Under the pieces are notes generated by a model. That model saw nothing but the letters and a program-made list of their open reading frames with translations, was not told the DNA's origin and did no database searches. Below are positions 17,036 to 25,756 of a stretch of 32,000 bases of DNA, one piece after another (the first letter of the stretch is position 1; the number at the start of each line of letters is the position of its first letter). Position numbers and translations under genes: made by a program. This DNA comes from Gammaproteobacteria bacterium (lineage in GTDB: Bacteria > Pseudomonadota > Gammaproteobacteria > Pseudomonadales > Halieaceae), in the NCBI GenBank assembly GCA_030433415.1, contig JAUIMF010000011.1, positions 1 through 32,000 of the forward strand, read 5' to 3'.

Positions 17036-17203
17036 AAATCCTGGAATGCAAAATCCAACAGTAGACGTCGGCGGCTCAGAAGACCCAGGCTTTTTCAATG
17101 TAAGCTGTTGATTTTACGTTATATGCTTAGTCTATGGGTGGCTACTAACGTCTACTGAGGTATAGGAGAAATGATCAAACGTTAATCAGACTACCGCTAC
17201 GAA

Positions 17204-17638
17204 GTGTATGACCTGGCGCTGACCGGCGAGGTGCTGCTGTCCTACAAGATCGTCGACTTCGCGACGTCGGAGGTGGGCGAAGCACGCACCGCAAGGGCCA
17301 GAAATACCATCGATGATCGCTGGGTGCCCGGTGATCCCGGTAAAGGCGTGCCCGCCGACCCGGTCGAGTTGCCCAGTCAGCAGCTGTTCAAGCAGGAACT
17401 TCTTGATGGCGCTATCGAGTCCCTCATTGCCGGACTCGAGCAGGAATTGGGTGAGGGCAAACAGGCCTATCTGCAGCGCGCCCGCAATGCGGCACAGGAT
17501 GGGGCGCGAACCCGCGCGATTGAGAACTACATTCGCTTTCTGTCTGCGGGGGCCGATCTACTGGGGCCCGAGGCGCAGGAAGCCAATGACTATGTTTACG
17601 AAGAGCTGGGTATTCAGTTGATAAAACGCCGGCGCTGA
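17204..17638 (+). CDS. Hypothetical protein, possibly a gene disrupted by an in-frame stop at codon 5 (see findings)
   Basis: This is a 144-aa ORF from a GTG with no Shine-Dalgarno sequence. A well-placed AGGAGA plus ATG at 17171 is in the same frame but meets TAA at 17183-85. I recognised no family. Codon composition matches the downstream genes. Confidence 0.4.
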   Translation: MYDLALTGEVLLSYKIVDFATSEVGEARTARARNTIDDRWVPGDPGKGVPADPVELPSQQLFKQELLDGAIESLIAGLEQELGEGKQAYLQRARNAAQDGARTRAIENYIRFLSAGADLLGPEAQEANDYVYEELGIQLIKRRR

Positions 17639-17659
17639 CATCCGGCAGGGAGGGGAGCT

Positions 17660-20600
17660 ATGAATCGTGCGCTACAAAGGATCGCGGTTCTCGGGTTGGC
17701 TGGTGCGCTGTCGGTTGCCCCATTTGCTCAGGAAAACACCGAGAATGAATCCACTCGCCTACCGTCTTCGGTAAGTCCCATCAGCGCTATCACCGGCCAG
17801 GCCGCTGGAACGGGAGCCCCCACGGGCAACGCGGGCGGCACAGCATCGACGCCAGCTCCGGCAGCTCCGGCAGCACCCACAGGGCCGGGCGAGGGCTTCT
17901 ACACCCATCCGCTCCAGCAAGATCCGCAGGCCATTGCCACTTCTAATGAGACGCTGCGAGCCAAAGGTGCGGAGTTGCAGGCCCAGCGCCAGCAAAGCTC
18001 CATGAGTAGCCAGACACAGCAGGCCTGGGACCGCTGGTCGAGCGGTGATTACTCCAAGTTACCTGCGGCAGATATCGACGCGGCGAAGAAGCGTGACTTC
18101 CTCACGCTGCAACGTGACTGGGAGAGTGTTCAGGTCGAGGCGCATAAAGGCAATATTTCACCCGAAGCGAACAAGAAGTTTCTCGACGCCCATTCCGTTG
18201 ATCTGCAGCAGCGCTACAAGGCCGCGGCCGAGGCAAACGGTCTCGAGGTCAAGCTACAGGATCCATCAGGTCAACCCAAAGTTTTCTCTGATGTGGACAT
18301 CCATGGCTACCCCAAAGGGGCCGGCGAGAACGGCTGGAAGCCGGGTCAGGCCGGGGAGATGAGCGCGGAGCAGTTTAAAGCGGCGCGCGATGCATTCAAT
18401 GACAAGTTCAATGCCGACCTCAAGGAGGTCGGCCTTGCCACGGTAAATAAGGTGGATGCCAAAGGCCTTCCCGACAGTCCTTCTCGACGCATGCGCGTCG
18501 ATCTCATGCCGATCACCGAAGACAAGCAGTTGTTCCAGCAGGTCGAAGCACATATCAATCCCGAAGGCGGGGTGATGTACCAGTGTACGAACGCGGTGTG
18601 TCAGGAAGTGGCAAACCGTCGCACGGCACCCGATGGCAGCAATCTGGGGGACGCGACCTCATCGTCCACGAAGGCGGATTACCTCAATGAGCAATATCGC
18701 CAACAGCGAGGCCATCGCCGGGAATCGGAACACCTGTTTGAAGAGGCGATGGCGATTAAGAATAACCCCAATGCGACACCCGAAGATCTTGCGCGAGCCG
18801 ATCAGATGATCGAGATGGCTCAGGGCGAAGGCAGCTCGTTGGTAGGCAAGTACGAGGAGCGGGGCAATCGCACCGTCGATCAGCAGGCCCGTAATGCCGG
18901 CGTCGAGGGCGTGGACGGCATGGACGTGAACCAGCGACGACAGGCTGCGATCGATGCCGTCGGGAATACCCGTGATCATACGGTAACGAGAGAATCAGCC
19001 GATATTCTGGCAACCAGCGAAAACGCGATTCGCAATCAACAGATGGAGGGGGCCCGCGCCATGGCCGCCGACGGTAAGCTCAGCGATGCGGCCGAAATGG
19101 GGCGCAATGCCCTGGATGCCAATACCAAAGGCGAGATACTGGAAGCGGCGCGGGAGGGAGCCTACGCCCGACACCAGGAACGACTGCGCCAGGCTCATCC
19201 GGACTGGGATGCCGCTGATATCGAAGCGGCAGCGCGGGCCGCCGCCAACGATGATGCCGCGCGCATTGCCCAGGAAATGCGCTCGCAGACTCCAGACGTG
19301 CAGACGCCAGAAAAACACCGCTGGGACATCAATGAGAATCCCAACCGCGGCATAGCCGATGCGGACGCGATGGTAAATGCCTCCGGGCAGGACGCCCGTG
19401 ATCTGGCAGCTGTCGAAGAGGCTCGCGCCGCCCGTCAGGCCGCAAACGCGGATGCGCCAAGCATTGGTACTCAGGCGCGTCAGACCGTCGATGCCGCCGG
19501 ACGTTTGGTTGATGCAGCAGCACTGGGAGCCCAGATTGGCGAAGCCGGGGTACGCCAGGCGGGCAAGGCGGTGGATGAAAACCGTGACTTGAATGCCTGG
19601 GATGCAGGCGAGGCAGCCCTGGAGGCAACGGGTGCGACGGGAATGTACGCGTTGGGTAACCGCATCTCTCGCGAAGTGCTGATCGAGGTGCAGCGAGGCA
19701 ATATTCCGCCGCACATGGCTACCGATGTCATCGCGGCCAGAATGGTTGCCGAGGTTGGGGATGCAATGTTGGTCGATCCCGTTCGTCGGGCGATAGAAGA
19801 AGAATGGAAGGCCGCGGAACGAGAGGGCAGGGAACCTTCTTACGTGTCAGCCGGTGCCGATGCGGCGGTAGAAATTGGCGGGAATGTCACTGGGATCACT
19901 CAGATGGCCGATGCCATCTATGAGCCGGGCACCTGGGAGTCGCGAGCCGATGCGGCCGCCCAGGCCGATGCGTTGCAACAGTACCTGGGGGACGAGGCCC
20001 GGTGGGCAGACAAAAACATTTCGCGCTTGCAGCGGGAACTCGAAGATTTGAGTCTCAACGGAGACCTGGGTGATCCGGCGACGCTTGCAGCCATTCGCGA
20101 GCGGGAAGAGAGTCTGCGCGCCGAGTATGACCGTATGGGGCGGGTACGCGATGCGGCAAACCGCAATAGCGACAGCCTGTCTGCTGAAGCGCTGAGTGAA
20201 GTTAACGCGCTCGCGCGATCCCAGACCAATCCTGAAGATATGATCGATTACGTCGAGCAGAATGTGCGCGAACGCCGTGGTAGCGGGGACGAACTGGCCG
20301 ACGCGTTCGCAGCCCTTGGGGATGACGAAGCAGGAAGCTGGGAGGGTGATCTGCGGCCGGATAACACGCGGTTCGCCGATGCCTTTGCGGCAGCCGACGA
20401 AAGTAGCCAGTCTTCTGAGCAGGCAGAGGTCGCGTTGTCGTCTACCGAGCGCGAAGTTGGCGCTACGGATCTCTCGCGGGTATGGGCCCGTGAAGACGCG
20501 CAGGAGGCCGCAGAAGAGCTCGCACGGGTCGAAGGTGCGGCCCGTGATCAACAAACGCTGGCCGATGCCTGGAATAGCACGCTCGACAATGTAGAGCGCA

Positions 20601-21199
20601 ATGCGACGGCGCAGACGCAACAGGGGCAGCAGCAGCTTGCCGCGGCTCAGCAACAGGGGCAGGCGGCGGTCGCTGCAGCAGCAGCGCAGGGCGATCCGCG
20701 CATGTCGGCGTCCGATTTCAATGACCGCGTACAACAGCTCGACGACGAAGCGGAGCAGTTGGCTCAGCAGCAAATGGATCAGATGATGGGTAAGGGCGGA
20801 GCCAATGGTCCGATCGATCCGAACCAGGGAGGTCAATATGGCGGCGCAGCCATCGCGCAGGCCGCAAGGGGTGATGAAACCGGCTTCGACCAGCGCCAGG
20901 CCAGCTGCAATGATGTAGTGAAAAGCGGTGGCAATGCACCCGCGTCTGTCGCGATCAGTGGCGCCGGCTTCGGTGGCTCCGCTACGCTGACCTGGGATCA
21001 CTACGGGGTAAAAGATCGCATCGCCGTGTTGTCGGGCGGGTCCGTGATCTTCGATTCAGGTTGTGTTCCGGATGAGGGCTCCACATCGATTGCCGTAGGT
21101 GGTCAGGTCAAGGTCATCGTGGAGCCCAACTGTGAGCAAACCAGCAGTTCCCAGTGGGAGTTCAAAGTGGCGTGCACCGCAGCGGTGGCCCAGCAGTGA
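17660..21199 (+). CDS. Large secreted acidic Ala/Gln/Asp/Glu-rich protein of unknown function with a Cys-containing C-terminal domain
   Basis: GGAGGGGAG precedes the ATG. The Sec signal peptide is MNRALQRIAVLGLAGALSVAPFA. A low-complexity Pro/Ala/Gly/Thr linker is followed by ~950 aa of predicted helical, charged sequence including a Q-rich tract (QTQQGQQQLAAAQQQGQAAVAAAAAQG). The last ~130 aa form a distinct Gly/Ser/Val-rich segment with 4 Cys. I recognised no family. Confidence 0.6.
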   Translation: MNRALQRIAVLGLAGALSVAPFAQENTENESTRLPSSVSPISAITGQAAGTGAPTGNAGGTASTPAPAAPAAPTGPGEGFYTHPLQQDPQAIATSNETLRAKGAELQAQRQQSSMSSQTQQAWDRWSSGDYSKLPAADIDAAKKRDFLTLQRDWESVQVEAHKGNISPEANKKFLDAHSVDLQQRYKAAAEANGLEVKLQDPSGQPKVFSDVDIHGYPKGAGENGWKPGQAGEMSAEQFKAARDAFNDKFNADLKEVGLATVNKVDAKGLPDSPSRRMRVDLMPITEDKQLFQQVEAHINPEGGVMYQCTNAVCQEVANRRTAPDGSNLGDATSSSTKADYLNEQYRQQRGHRRESEHLFEEAMAIKNNPNATPEDLARADQMIEMAQGEGSSLVGKYEERGNRTVDQQARNAGVEGVDGMDVNQRRQAAIDAVGNTRDHTVTRESADILATSENAIRNQQMEGARAMAADGKLSDAAEMGRNALDANTKGEILEAAREGAYARHQERLRQAHPDWDAADIEAAARAAANDDAARIAQEMRSQTPDVQTPEKHRWDINENPNRGIADADAMVNASGQDARDLAAVEEARAARQAANADAPSIGTQARQTVDAAGRLVDAAALGAQIGEAGVRQAGKAVDENRDLNAWDAGEAALEATGATGMYALGNRISREVLIEVQRGNIPPHMATDVIAARMVAEVGDAMLVDPVRRAIEEEWKAAEREGREPSYVSAGADAAVEIGGNVTGITQMADAIYEPGTWESRADAAAQADALQQYLGDEARWADKNISRLQRELEDLSLNGDLGDPATLAAIREREESLRAEYDRMGRVRDAANRNSDSLSAEALSEVNALARSQTNPEDMIDYVEQNVRERRGSGDELADAFAALGDDEAGSWEGDLRPDNTRFADAFAAADESSQSSEQAEVALSSTEREVGATDLSRVWAREDAQEAAEELARVEGAARDQQTLADAWNSTLDNVERNATAQTQQGQQQLAAAQQQGQAAVAAAAAQGDPRMSASDFNDRVQQLDDEAEQLAQQQMDQMMGKGGANGPIDPNQGGQYGGAAIAQAARGDETGFDQRQASCNDVVKSGGNAPASVAISGAGFGGSATLTWDHYGVKDRIAVLSGGSVIFDSGCVPDEGSTSIAVGGQVKVIVEPNCEQTSSSQWEFKVACTAAVAQQ

Positions 21200-22329
21200 T
21201 GCGAGTCCTGCTGCTGGTCGTACTGCTTGTCGTCGTACCGACCTTGAGTGCTGATGTATTCACTGGCGTAGGACAGTCGGTCCTGATCGGCGATCAGCGC
21301 GCCGATGCCGAACGACTCGCCATGGACGTGGCGCGCAGCGACGCGCTCAAGCAAGCGATAAAGGCCTACGCAGCCGACGGGGGCATTGATGAACATGCTC
21401 TCAATGCAAAACTTGGGCAGCTGCTGTCCACCCAACGTGATTTTCTACGCGGTGAGCGTTTGCGCAACGCTCAGTACGATGCGCCATTGCTGAAGATCGA
21501 GCTGGAGGTAGATGTCGACATGGATGGCTTGGCCCGGGCGCTCGGTTTGCAGGGGCTGGCCACGCGCTCAGAGCAACTGGCCCGTCGCGATGCCCGGCCG
21601 GTCACAGTCGTGATTGTCGCTGAGGAGCTTAATGGCAGCATGAATTCGTTCCCCTACAGTGCTGGCATTGTTCAAAAACAGTTACTGGCCGCCGAATACG
21701 ATTTGATCGACAGCACTGTCGCCGCTCGCGCAGCGAAGCACGATCAGGCGGTGCAGGCGTTGTTCAACAATGACCCGTCATCAGCTCAAGCCCTGGCGCT
21801 CCAGTTCGATGCGGGGCTCATGGTGACGGGGCGCACCGTGGTGCAGGCTTCGGGCCTGTCGGCGGGGGGGATGTCTTCCTACGGTGCCAACGTCGCGCTG
21901 TCTGCGATCGCGGCAGATAGTGGCAAAGTACTCGCCACGGCAGCGGCGGATGCCAACTACCCCCATGTCAACGCGATCACCGGCTCGCGTCTGGCGGCTG
22001 AAGCAGCAGCGGTCAAAGCCATTACACAGCTGCTTCGGGAATTGGATGCGCTGGAGCAGGGCACGCAAAACGCACTCAGAATGACGGTCGAGGGGATCAA
22101 CTTTCAGCAACTGGCGATTCTGAAAAAATTGCTTGCGAGAGATTTTCCCGAGGTTGTAAATATTCAGACCCGAGGCTTCGGCGGCGACATCGCCCGCCTG
22201 GATGTGGCCTTGTCGGCGCCGGCAACGAACTTCGCAGAAGCGCTTGCGGCCAAGGATTTTGGCGCCTTTCGTCTGCGGGTGCTGAGTCAGAGCTCGGGCA
22301 AACTGGATGCTACCGTGGTAATGCGCTAA
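21199..22329 (+). CDS. Periplasmic or secreted 376-aa protein, tentatively FlgT/LPP20-like, translationally coupled to the upstream gene
   Basis: The ATG at 21199 overlaps the upstream stop (TGATG). The signal peptide is MRVLLLVVLLVVVPTLSA. The mature N-terminus DVFTGVGQSVLIGDQRADAERLAMDVARSDALKQAIKAY fits the G.G...I......AR..A..DA...A pattern of FlgT_N/LPP20-type domains. The length is close to Vibrio FlgT (~377 aa). The assignment is weak. Confidence 0.55.
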   Translation: MRVLLLVVLLVVVPTLSADVFTGVGQSVLIGDQRADAERLAMDVARSDALKQAIKAYAADGGIDEHALNAKLGQLLSTQRDFLRGERLRNAQYDAPLLKIELEVDVDMDGLARALGLQGLATRSEQLARRDARPVTVVIVAEELNGSMNSFPYSAGIVQKQLLAAEYDLIDSTVAARAAKHDQAVQALFNNDPSSAQALALQFDAGLMVTGRTVVQASGLSAGGMSSYGANVALSAIAADSGKVLATAAADANYPHVNAITGSRLAAEAAAVKAITQLLRELDALEQGTQNALRMTVEGINFQQLAILKKLLARDFPEVVNIQTRGFGGDIARLDVALSAPATNFAEALAAKDFGAFRLRVLSQSSGKLDATVVMR

Positions 22330-22339
22330 TCCCCCGGCC

Positions 22340-25300
22340 TTACTGGGAGGGTTCATTGGCTGTTTTCCAACGCTTCAGCGCCTTTTCACAGGGATCGCCC
22401 CGCAGCAAAAAACGGCCAATGAGTGGCTTGGCGATCACCGTGAGGCCACCCGTGGCCACGGCTGCACCGCCAGCCAGGGCGGAATGCTTGATGTCCAGTC
22501 CCAGCGTCGGTTTGGAGAGCGTGCCCGCGATCTGCACGTAGGGATTGACCAGGCTGGCGGCGCTGAACCCCAGGCCTTTTCTGGCCTGGTTGTCAAAACG
22601 TATCGCCAGGGTTTCATCGCGCAGGTCGATGACACCTCGCGCCGACATGTCCACACGACCTGTGCGAAATACAAAGCCGGGATCGAGCCTAACGAGACCG
22701 TCCTGTGCTCGCATGGCAAGTAGTGTGCAGCTCACTTTCATGTCGGTACTGGTCGTTTCGAGTCCGGGCAGCAGCGCGCCAAAAAACTGCGCCAGGAATG
22801 ATTCCGTGGCAAAGCTGTAGCCCACATTACTGACTGTGCCCGGACCGCCGGTCAGCAGTAGCTCGCCGTTGAGGCTGGCAGCGAGCTCGCGGTAGCTCGT
22901 GCCCTGCATTGTCAGTTTCGAATCAATACGGTGTCGCGGCAACGTCTCGAGACTTGTTCCCTGTGAAGTAAGACCAAGTGCCAGGTCCTCTACACTCAGT
23001 TCAACGTCGATCATCGCCTCGGAATCCGGGACGCTGATGTTGGCATCGAGGGCGAGCCGGCCTCGACCGCCTGAGAGGCGCTGAATATGCAGACGTTGGT
23101 TACTGCCAGAACCCTTAAGACTCAGTTGCGCCTCGCGCACAAGCGGGGCTTCCGTGAACCTGGGGTCTGGTAACCCAAGGTCGCCGGTGATGATTTCGAT
23201 ATCTGTCTGCCAGCCGTCCAGCAGTGTCAGCGGTAAAGGAGTGTCCGGTATCAGAAAGTTGTTCTGCGCGTGCGCCTCGGCGCTCACGGCGTCCTTCTGC
23301 TGAGACTTCCAGGCGGAAATCCAGCGGGGAACTTCGGCTCGAGGAATATGCAACCGCGCATAAACCTGGTTTGGATCAGTCAAGCGGATGTCCCCGTTGA
23401 GCTGCGAAGCACCGACAGTCAGAGTTTCAATCTCCAACTGCATCGATCCCTTCTCCAAAGCTCCGTTGAGCCGCACCTCGTAGGGAAGGTCGCCCGAAGG
23501 CAGGAGCGGGGAGTGACCCAACCTTTTTACGTCGCTGCCTTCGCCCGTGATGGTGAGAAGGGTGGAGTTGGATTGCCTGGGAAGTTGGAGCTCGCCGCGC
23601 AGGAGTGCGCTCTGGGCATCCGCGATGGAAAGCTGGATTTTCTGCGCGCTTTCGCCCCGGGTGCTCGCGCGTACGTGCAACGGGTGTTGCGGCGGTACGT
23701 AGAAGTCTGTCGCTGGAAGAAACTGCGCGGGATTTTCGATCGTGACGTCAGCCTCGAGCTGCGCGTCTGCACCCAGAGACAGGTCGGGTGGTAGTCGCAG
23801 TAGCGCGTTTCCACTGACGCCGTCCCCCTGTAAATCCTTGATCTGAACCGAAACCTGCCGGCTGTCTATCAGGGGTGCGAGAACAAAAGACAGGGAGCCG
23901 GGATCCTGGTTCTCGACCGCATAGCTACCGAGCAGTTGTGGAATGTCGCTCGCCGTCACCTCAAGCTGCAGATCGGATTTGAGGTCACCATTTGCCAGGA
24001 TCAGACTGCCGTCGGTCTGCGACAGCTCAAGCCCCCCGAAGGACGCCTCTAAATCGCCGAGCTCAAGCGAGTAGGGTGAGCCGGTGGCCCGCAGGCTGAT
24101 ACGACCCGGAAGATCCCCAAGCGGATCGAGACCCAAATAATGGCTACTGCGAGCCAGGGAGTCTGTCTGCCAGCGCAGTGTCAGGTCCAACTCATTCAGG
24201 TCTGGCGGGACGCGCAGTCTGCCCTCGGCCTGCAGCGACATCTCGGGAAAGCTGAGCTGCAGGGATTCAATGCTCATGAATCCCGCGTCATCAACCTTCG
24301 CTCGGCCTTCACCGTTAAAGGACACCGGTGGAAGCGCTACGCCAGCCAGTGCGGTGACGGCGCCGGCGTCCGGACCAGAAAAAGCCCATTGCAATGTGCT
24401 GCCAGCGTAATGCGGGTGATCGCCCAACTGTCCTGACAGGTCGGCGACAACATCACCGATTCGCAGCGTTGCCTCTACCTGTTCCCGTCCACCAGCTAGT
24501 TCCTGCACTGTCAGGGACGCGGTATAGGCATCTGAAATCGTGGCGGGTGTCTCGAGAAGCTCCTGTACAAAACTGAAATCGTCACCTGCAACGTGCACAG
24601 AGATCTGCGCGTCGTCCACTGTCGGAAACGTCGGTATACGTACGTCGCCGGTGATGCGGTGGTCGCCTGCTTCGGCAACGATGTCGCTCAGATGAAACTG
24701 GGCGCCACGCCGGGTGAGAGATGCATCGACACGAAGGGGGACCTCCTCGGTGCTGCCCAGGTTCAGCGCCTGGGCCAGACGAGGCAGACTTGCGGCGTCC
24801 AGATCGAGAGACAGCTCGATGCCATCGCCGCTCCCGGGGTGGTCTATGGTGCCCGTCAGTTTGACTTCGAGTTGCTGGAGCTGAATGTCGGCCAGCAGAT
24901 TAATGCCAGGATCGACATCGGTTACCAGCAGGTCCAGACGCATGGTTTCGCCGGCGTCGAGCACGGGTGACAGTGCAGCAACTCGCGGTGGCAAAGGGCC
25001 GGTCAGCGTGGCGTCGAGGGAGAGATCGGCGAGCCGGTGAACGTCGGGCAGGTCATAGTGGGCCTCGAGCGTCAGCTGATCCAGGGTAGCCTGGAGCTGT
25101 CCGTGAAGGTTCCTTCCCCGCAAAATACTATCGAGGTCGCTGCCATTTCCGTGCAGGGTCCAGGGGCGTTCCTGCAGCGTACCGTTGCCTTCCAGCAGTA
25201 GGCCTGTCGCTCTGGACTGCTGCGACAGGCGCTGGACGCGAAAATCGATATCGGCACCGTTGGGTCGATTGAGACTTTTCGCGTGAAGTTTGCTCAACTC

Positions 25301-25744
25301 GGCGTGCAGCACCACGATGCGTCGCTGGTCCTCGTCGTCGCTCTCGTCCGTGTCGCTTGCGAGTGCAGGCAGGCTGTTCTGTCCTTCGCCGTCGTGGTCC
25401 AGAACGAAGTCGAGGCCAGAAATCGACAATGCTGAAACGACAAGGGTATCGCTGAACAACGAGCGAGTGTCGACAGCCAGTTCGGCGGTGCCAATGGACA
25501 GCAGTGGTTCGCTGGTCGCCCAGTCCGCGTTGGCGAGGCTAAGCCCCTCGACGCGCAACTCGATAGCGTTGCCAACGCGCACATGCAACGGCCTGGTCAG
25601 CCGAACTTCTCGCTGCAGCTGCGCAGAGAGACGGGTTTCGATCAGGTTGTGTGCAAATCCGAGGCTGATGCCCCGATTCAGCGCAACGATTCCACCGGCC
25701 GTCAGTAGTAAAAAAAATCCCAGAACATAAGCGGCGCGTTTCAT
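22340..25744 (-). CDS. AsmA-family protein (large envelope, lipid-transfer-type)
   Basis: The N-terminal anchor MKRAAYVLGFFLLLTAGGIVAL is followed by ...RLSAQLQREVRLTRPLHVRVGNAIELRVEGLSLAN, which is typical of AsmA. The body is long and beta-rich. The C-terminal AsmA_2-like segment is ...RVDMSARGVIDLRDETLAIRFDNQARKG...VQIAGTLSKPTLGLD. Confidence 0.8.
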   Translation of the reverse strand: MKRAAYVLGFFLLLTAGGIVALNRGISLGFAHNLIETRLSAQLQREVRLTRPLHVRVGNAIELRVEGLSLANADWATSEPLLSIGTAELAVDTRSLFSDTLVVSALSISGLDFVLDHDGEGQNSLPALASDTDESDDEDQRRIVVLHAELSKLHAKSLNRPNGADIDFRVQRLSQQSRATGLLLEGNGTLQERPWTLHGNGSDLDSILRGRNLHGQLQATLDQLTLEAHYDLPDVHRLADLSLDATLTGPLPPRVAALSPVLDAGETMRLDLLVTDVDPGINLLADIQLQQLEVKLTGTIDHPGSGDGIELSLDLDAASLPRLAQALNLGSTEEVPLRVDASLTRRGAQFHLSDIVAEAGDHRITGDVRIPTFPTVDDAQISVHVAGDDFSFVQELLETPATISDAYTASLTVQELAGGREQVEATLRIGDVVADLSGQLGDHPHYAGSTLQWAFSGPDAGAVTALAGVALPPVSFNGEGRAKVDDAGFMSIESLQLSFPEMSLQAEGRLRVPPDLNELDLTLRWQTDSLARSSHYLGLDPLGDLPGRISLRATGSPYSLELGDLEASFGGLELSQTDGSLILANGDLKSDLQLEVTASDIPQLLGSYAVENQDPGSLSFVLAPLIDSRQVSVQIKDLQGDGVSGNALLRLPPDLSLGADAQLEADVTIENPAQFLPATDFYVPPQHPLHVRASTRGESAQKIQLSIADAQSALLRGELQLPRQSNSTLLTITGEGSDVKRLGHSPLLPSGDLPYEVRLNGALEKGSMQLEIETLTVGASQLNGDIRLTDPNQVYARLHIPRAEVPRWISAWKSQQKDAVSAEAHAQNNFLIPDTPLPLTLLDGWQTDIEIITGDLGLPDPRFTEAPLVREAQLSLKGSGSNQRLHIQRLSGGRGRLALDANISVPDSEAMIDVELSVEDLALGLTSQGTSLETLPRHRIDSKLTMQGTSYRELAASLNGELLLTGGPGTVSNVGYSFATESFLAQFFGALLPGLETTSTDMKVSCTLLAMRAQDGLVRLDPGFVFRTGRVDMSARGVIDLRDETLAIRFDNQARKGLGFSAASLVNPYVQIAGTLSKPTLGLDIKHSALAGGAAVATGGLTVIAKPLIGRFLLRGDPCEKALKRWKTANEPSQ

Positions 25745-25756
25745 GTCATCACGCGA

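Larger units (their letters stand above)
1..17100. mobile_element. Integrase-proximal end of an integrative conjugative/mobilisable element. The backbone is at 12394-17100 and the defence operon is presumed cargo. The left boundary is outside the window.
   Basis: A DUF3742-like gene, a MobH-type relaxase and a P4-like tyrosine integrase are adjacent. Direct repeats lie upstream of int, and AT-rich (~38% GC) spacer follows at ~17100-17170. The composition of 1-12359 is mosaic (hand-counted 60-nt lines range from 35% to 63% GC). The exact att junction was not identified. Confidence 0.55.

Noticed and set aside
16967-17098. 44-codon N-terminal extension of the integrase ORF
   Set aside because: The conserved P4-integrase N-terminus starts at MPKDLL (16966), which has GGAGG 5 nt upstream. 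The extension overlaps the GTACCCCCAA repeats.
18995-21001. 239-aa and 384-aa minus-strand ORFs (18995-19714 and 19847-21001)
   Set aside because: Both are antisense to the 1179-aa secreted-protein gene. They have Arg/Pro/Gly-rich composition, no RBS and no recognisable motifs.
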